Below are positions 55,831-64,000 of a stretch of DNA of 64,000 nt, one piece after another. Position numbers and translations under genes: made by a program. A model generated the notes under the pieces. The model saw only the letters and a list, made by a program, of their open reading frames with translations, searched no databases and was not told the origin of the DNA. The stretch spans positions 1 through 64,000 of the forward strand of contig NIVC01002702.1 of the NCBI GenBank assembly GCA_002269645.1, given 5' to 3'. The DNA comes from Macrostomum lignano (lineage: Eukaryota). The stretch's first letter is position 1, and every line of letters starts with the position of its first letter.

Positions 55831-57586
55831 CAATGTAGTATATAGCAAAAAATAACTTAAAGTCAAATATCGGTTCGGTTACACTGTACTTATATAAAAA
55901 ACAAGTACATATAAGAATTAGGTTTTTATCCATTGATGTATGTAATTGAAGAAGCGCCACGGTCTATCTTCAGGGTACGTATATTTGTAGTTTATTTTAT
56001 GATTGTTGCTTTCAAATAGTGTATTACGCACGTTATGGACAAAAAAGTGATATTTTACATGTACGTTCGCTTGCGACACCAGTACGTTTATACGTTGTAC
56101 ACTGTACACTACTGCAATATAAAGACCACTGTGCATGTATATAGCTACAGTGTGGTCCTTGCACTACTGCATGTACGCACATGTACAATGCATGCTTGGT
56201 ACACCGTACGTAGACTTGATAATACGTTTGTACACTTTTACTAAATTTACATAATGCGATAGTGGTATGTTTTAGTCAATAAAGAGAGGAATTGCATGTT
56301 AAAATGTTACACATAAAGAATCTAGTTCACGAAAAAATAATTCCAAAAAATTAGAATTGAAGCAGCAGACGCGCGTTCGTTACTACTTATAAGCAGATTT
56401 TTCAAACAGTATTTACTTTAAAGCCGCTTAATCACGTTATAGCTGTAGTAGCTCCGCGGGGAAAATTAAGAGAAGGTCTCAAATCACTTTTAAAGGTCTG
56501 AGGAACCATATAAAACTAACATTCATTCGAGCAATCTTTGACCCAGCATGGAGCTACATGTACACACGTACACGTACCAGCGGTAATGCGAACCGGCTGA
56601 TATACAGGTAGCAACACGCAAATTTATATTTAATATGAACGCATTCTAATTTCAGGCCAAATTAATTGTTACAATGAAATGCAAATTACAAATCGTTGTT
56701 GTACTTTAGGGATATTTACGAAATGATGAAAATAAAACATACGGCCGAGATCAGAATAACTTTTTAAAATCGAATTAATCATATTCGTTAGAAATTTATA
56801 GGGATTTATAATAGAGTTAGAGTTAAAATAAATAAAACATTGCATACATAAAAATATGGCGTTAATATGTTATCTGTGATTAATAATTTTTGTTGTTGTC
56901 AAATATCGACCTAACATCGAAAACAAACTTTAAACACTACAGCTAGGTCGATTGCTAGCGTGACTTAAATTTAATTATATCCAACAAAACAAAATATTTT
57001 GCTGATAGATTTGGCTCTATCGTTGCCGAGTTACGGATATGTGCAGATATATTTATAGGATTTTATCAGTTTTTGTTCCATCCCCGTTGAAAACCATACA
57101 GTGACAAGAATCGCTAAAGAGTCATGTTAAGGGCACTCTTAATGTGACTTTTTAACAACTCAAACGCATAAAATGCGACGGAGAGGCGACTGTTGAATCA
57201 CAAAATCGCGTCACGTGATTCTAAATGTGACTCTAATTTATCAAGCGACGCAAATGCACTTCAAACACAACTCATTGACTCTAATGCGACTCTGGGGACG
57301 CCTCAAATACGCCTTTACGGCCCCAGAATTGTTATACCGTCGCCCCGGAGAGTCACTGGAGTCGCGCCAGAATCGTATCAGAGTCGCAGACAATAAAACG
57401 CTTCAAATTAATTCTGGAGCGACACTTTGACGACTTTTTGGCGACTTGTACCGTGACATCTCGTCGTTTAGAATCACTTCTTTCCTATTTGACATATGCA
57501 ATCTGCAACGCGTCTGAAAAGACTTTGAGGCGACGCAAGTGACTCCGGGACGCTTCTTGGCCTAGGTATTGTTTGCACCGGGATCC

Positions 57587-63122
<5,536 letters not shown>

Positions 63123-63199
63123 CTGTGTGAGTGAGGTGTTGAGTATGACAGTTGTGCTATGCTGGCTGCCTGTCAGGGTGTCGTTACTTGATGCATGTA

Positions 63200-63600
63200 C
63201 TGTTCAAATAGGGATGTCTACCGACACAATACACTGTTGAAATAGGGATGTCTACCGACACAATACACTGTTGAAATAGGGATGTCTACCGACACAATAC
63301 ACTGTTGAAATAGGGATGTCTACCGACACAATACACTGTTGAAATAGGGATGTCTACCGACACAATACACTGTTGAAATAGGGAATGTCTACCCACACAA
63401 TACACTGTTGAAATAGGGATGTCTACCGACACAATACACTGTGAAAGAGGGAATGTCTACCCACACAATACACCGTTCAAATAGGGAATGTCTACCCACA
63501 CAATACACTGTTCAAATAGGGAATGTCTACCCACACAATACACTGTTCAAATAGGGAATGTCTACCCACACAATACACTATGAAATAGGGAATGTCTACC
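63200..63600 (+). repeat. 34-35-bp intronic minisatellite (AAATAGGGATGTCTACCGACACAATACACTGTTG)
   Basis: Direct reading. Confidence 0.92.
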
Positions 63601-64000
63601 AACACAATACAAGTGAGAGAGGAATAGCTACAAAAATTTAAATATTCCAGATCCTGCAGAAGCAACCGCAGATATCTCTGGATTTAAATCCCAATTCATT
63701 TTTGCAAGCAAAGATCAGTTTGAAAAAAAGTAAAAAATGGGCAATAATCTTGCTTTACAGATTGTCTTGTTTGAAAGACAGGAGAAAATTTAGCATTTTA
63801 TCCGTTCTCGCGATCGGGCCATAAATCTAATCGTTTGATTTGCCAAAGAGGAAAATATGGGAGAATACAGGATCTCTTCTCTTCCATCCAATTACTGCCA
63901 ATGCGCCACTAAAAGCAGACAATATCGATAACTTGTTCCCGCGGCGAAGGGCCGCGGCTCAGTGAAGAGAAGCAGACATAGATAGACTGCACACGCAGCT

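Noticed and set aside
52000-57100. Short ORFs in the AT-rich region
   Set aside because: No recognisable motifs, codon bias or consistent splice structure.

Overview
Repeat-rich animal genomic DNA with GT-AG spliceosomal introns. The minisatellite-filled introns and the LINE family recall the flatworm Macrostomum, but that is inference only. From left to right: (1) the 3' part of a Ty3/Gypsy LTR retrotransposon (1-8660) with broken gag, a 30-bp array at the gag-pol junction, an intact pol, an unexpected extra ORF encoding a DnaJ/J-domain protein, a polypurine tract and the 3' LTR; (2) the 3' exons of a RIG-I-like receptor helicase gene (8839-13268), whose intron apparently hosts that element; (3) an RTE-like LINE remnant split by a 6.6-kb CCC-ended DNA transposon (CMC/EnSpm-like) that carries a deleted transposase, a MITE and an intact 5-exon DUF4806-like gene; (4) CHMP5, with a hAT element in intron 1; (5) a probable solo LTR; (6) four co-oriented minus-strand housekeeping genes (KAT7-like, SDHAF3, ELP5, TSFM); (7) an AT-rich TE-remnant region; (8) a PRXamide/neuromedin-U-type GPCR whose 5' end lies beyond the window. 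About 20 minisatellite arrays are present. Some belong to shared dispersed families and some appear to be seeded from splice sites. The top candidate for a novel system is the J-domain-carrying Gypsy element. Scattered 1-bp indels in otherwise intact ORFs suggest long-read consensus errors. Exon boundaries and counts were read by eye.
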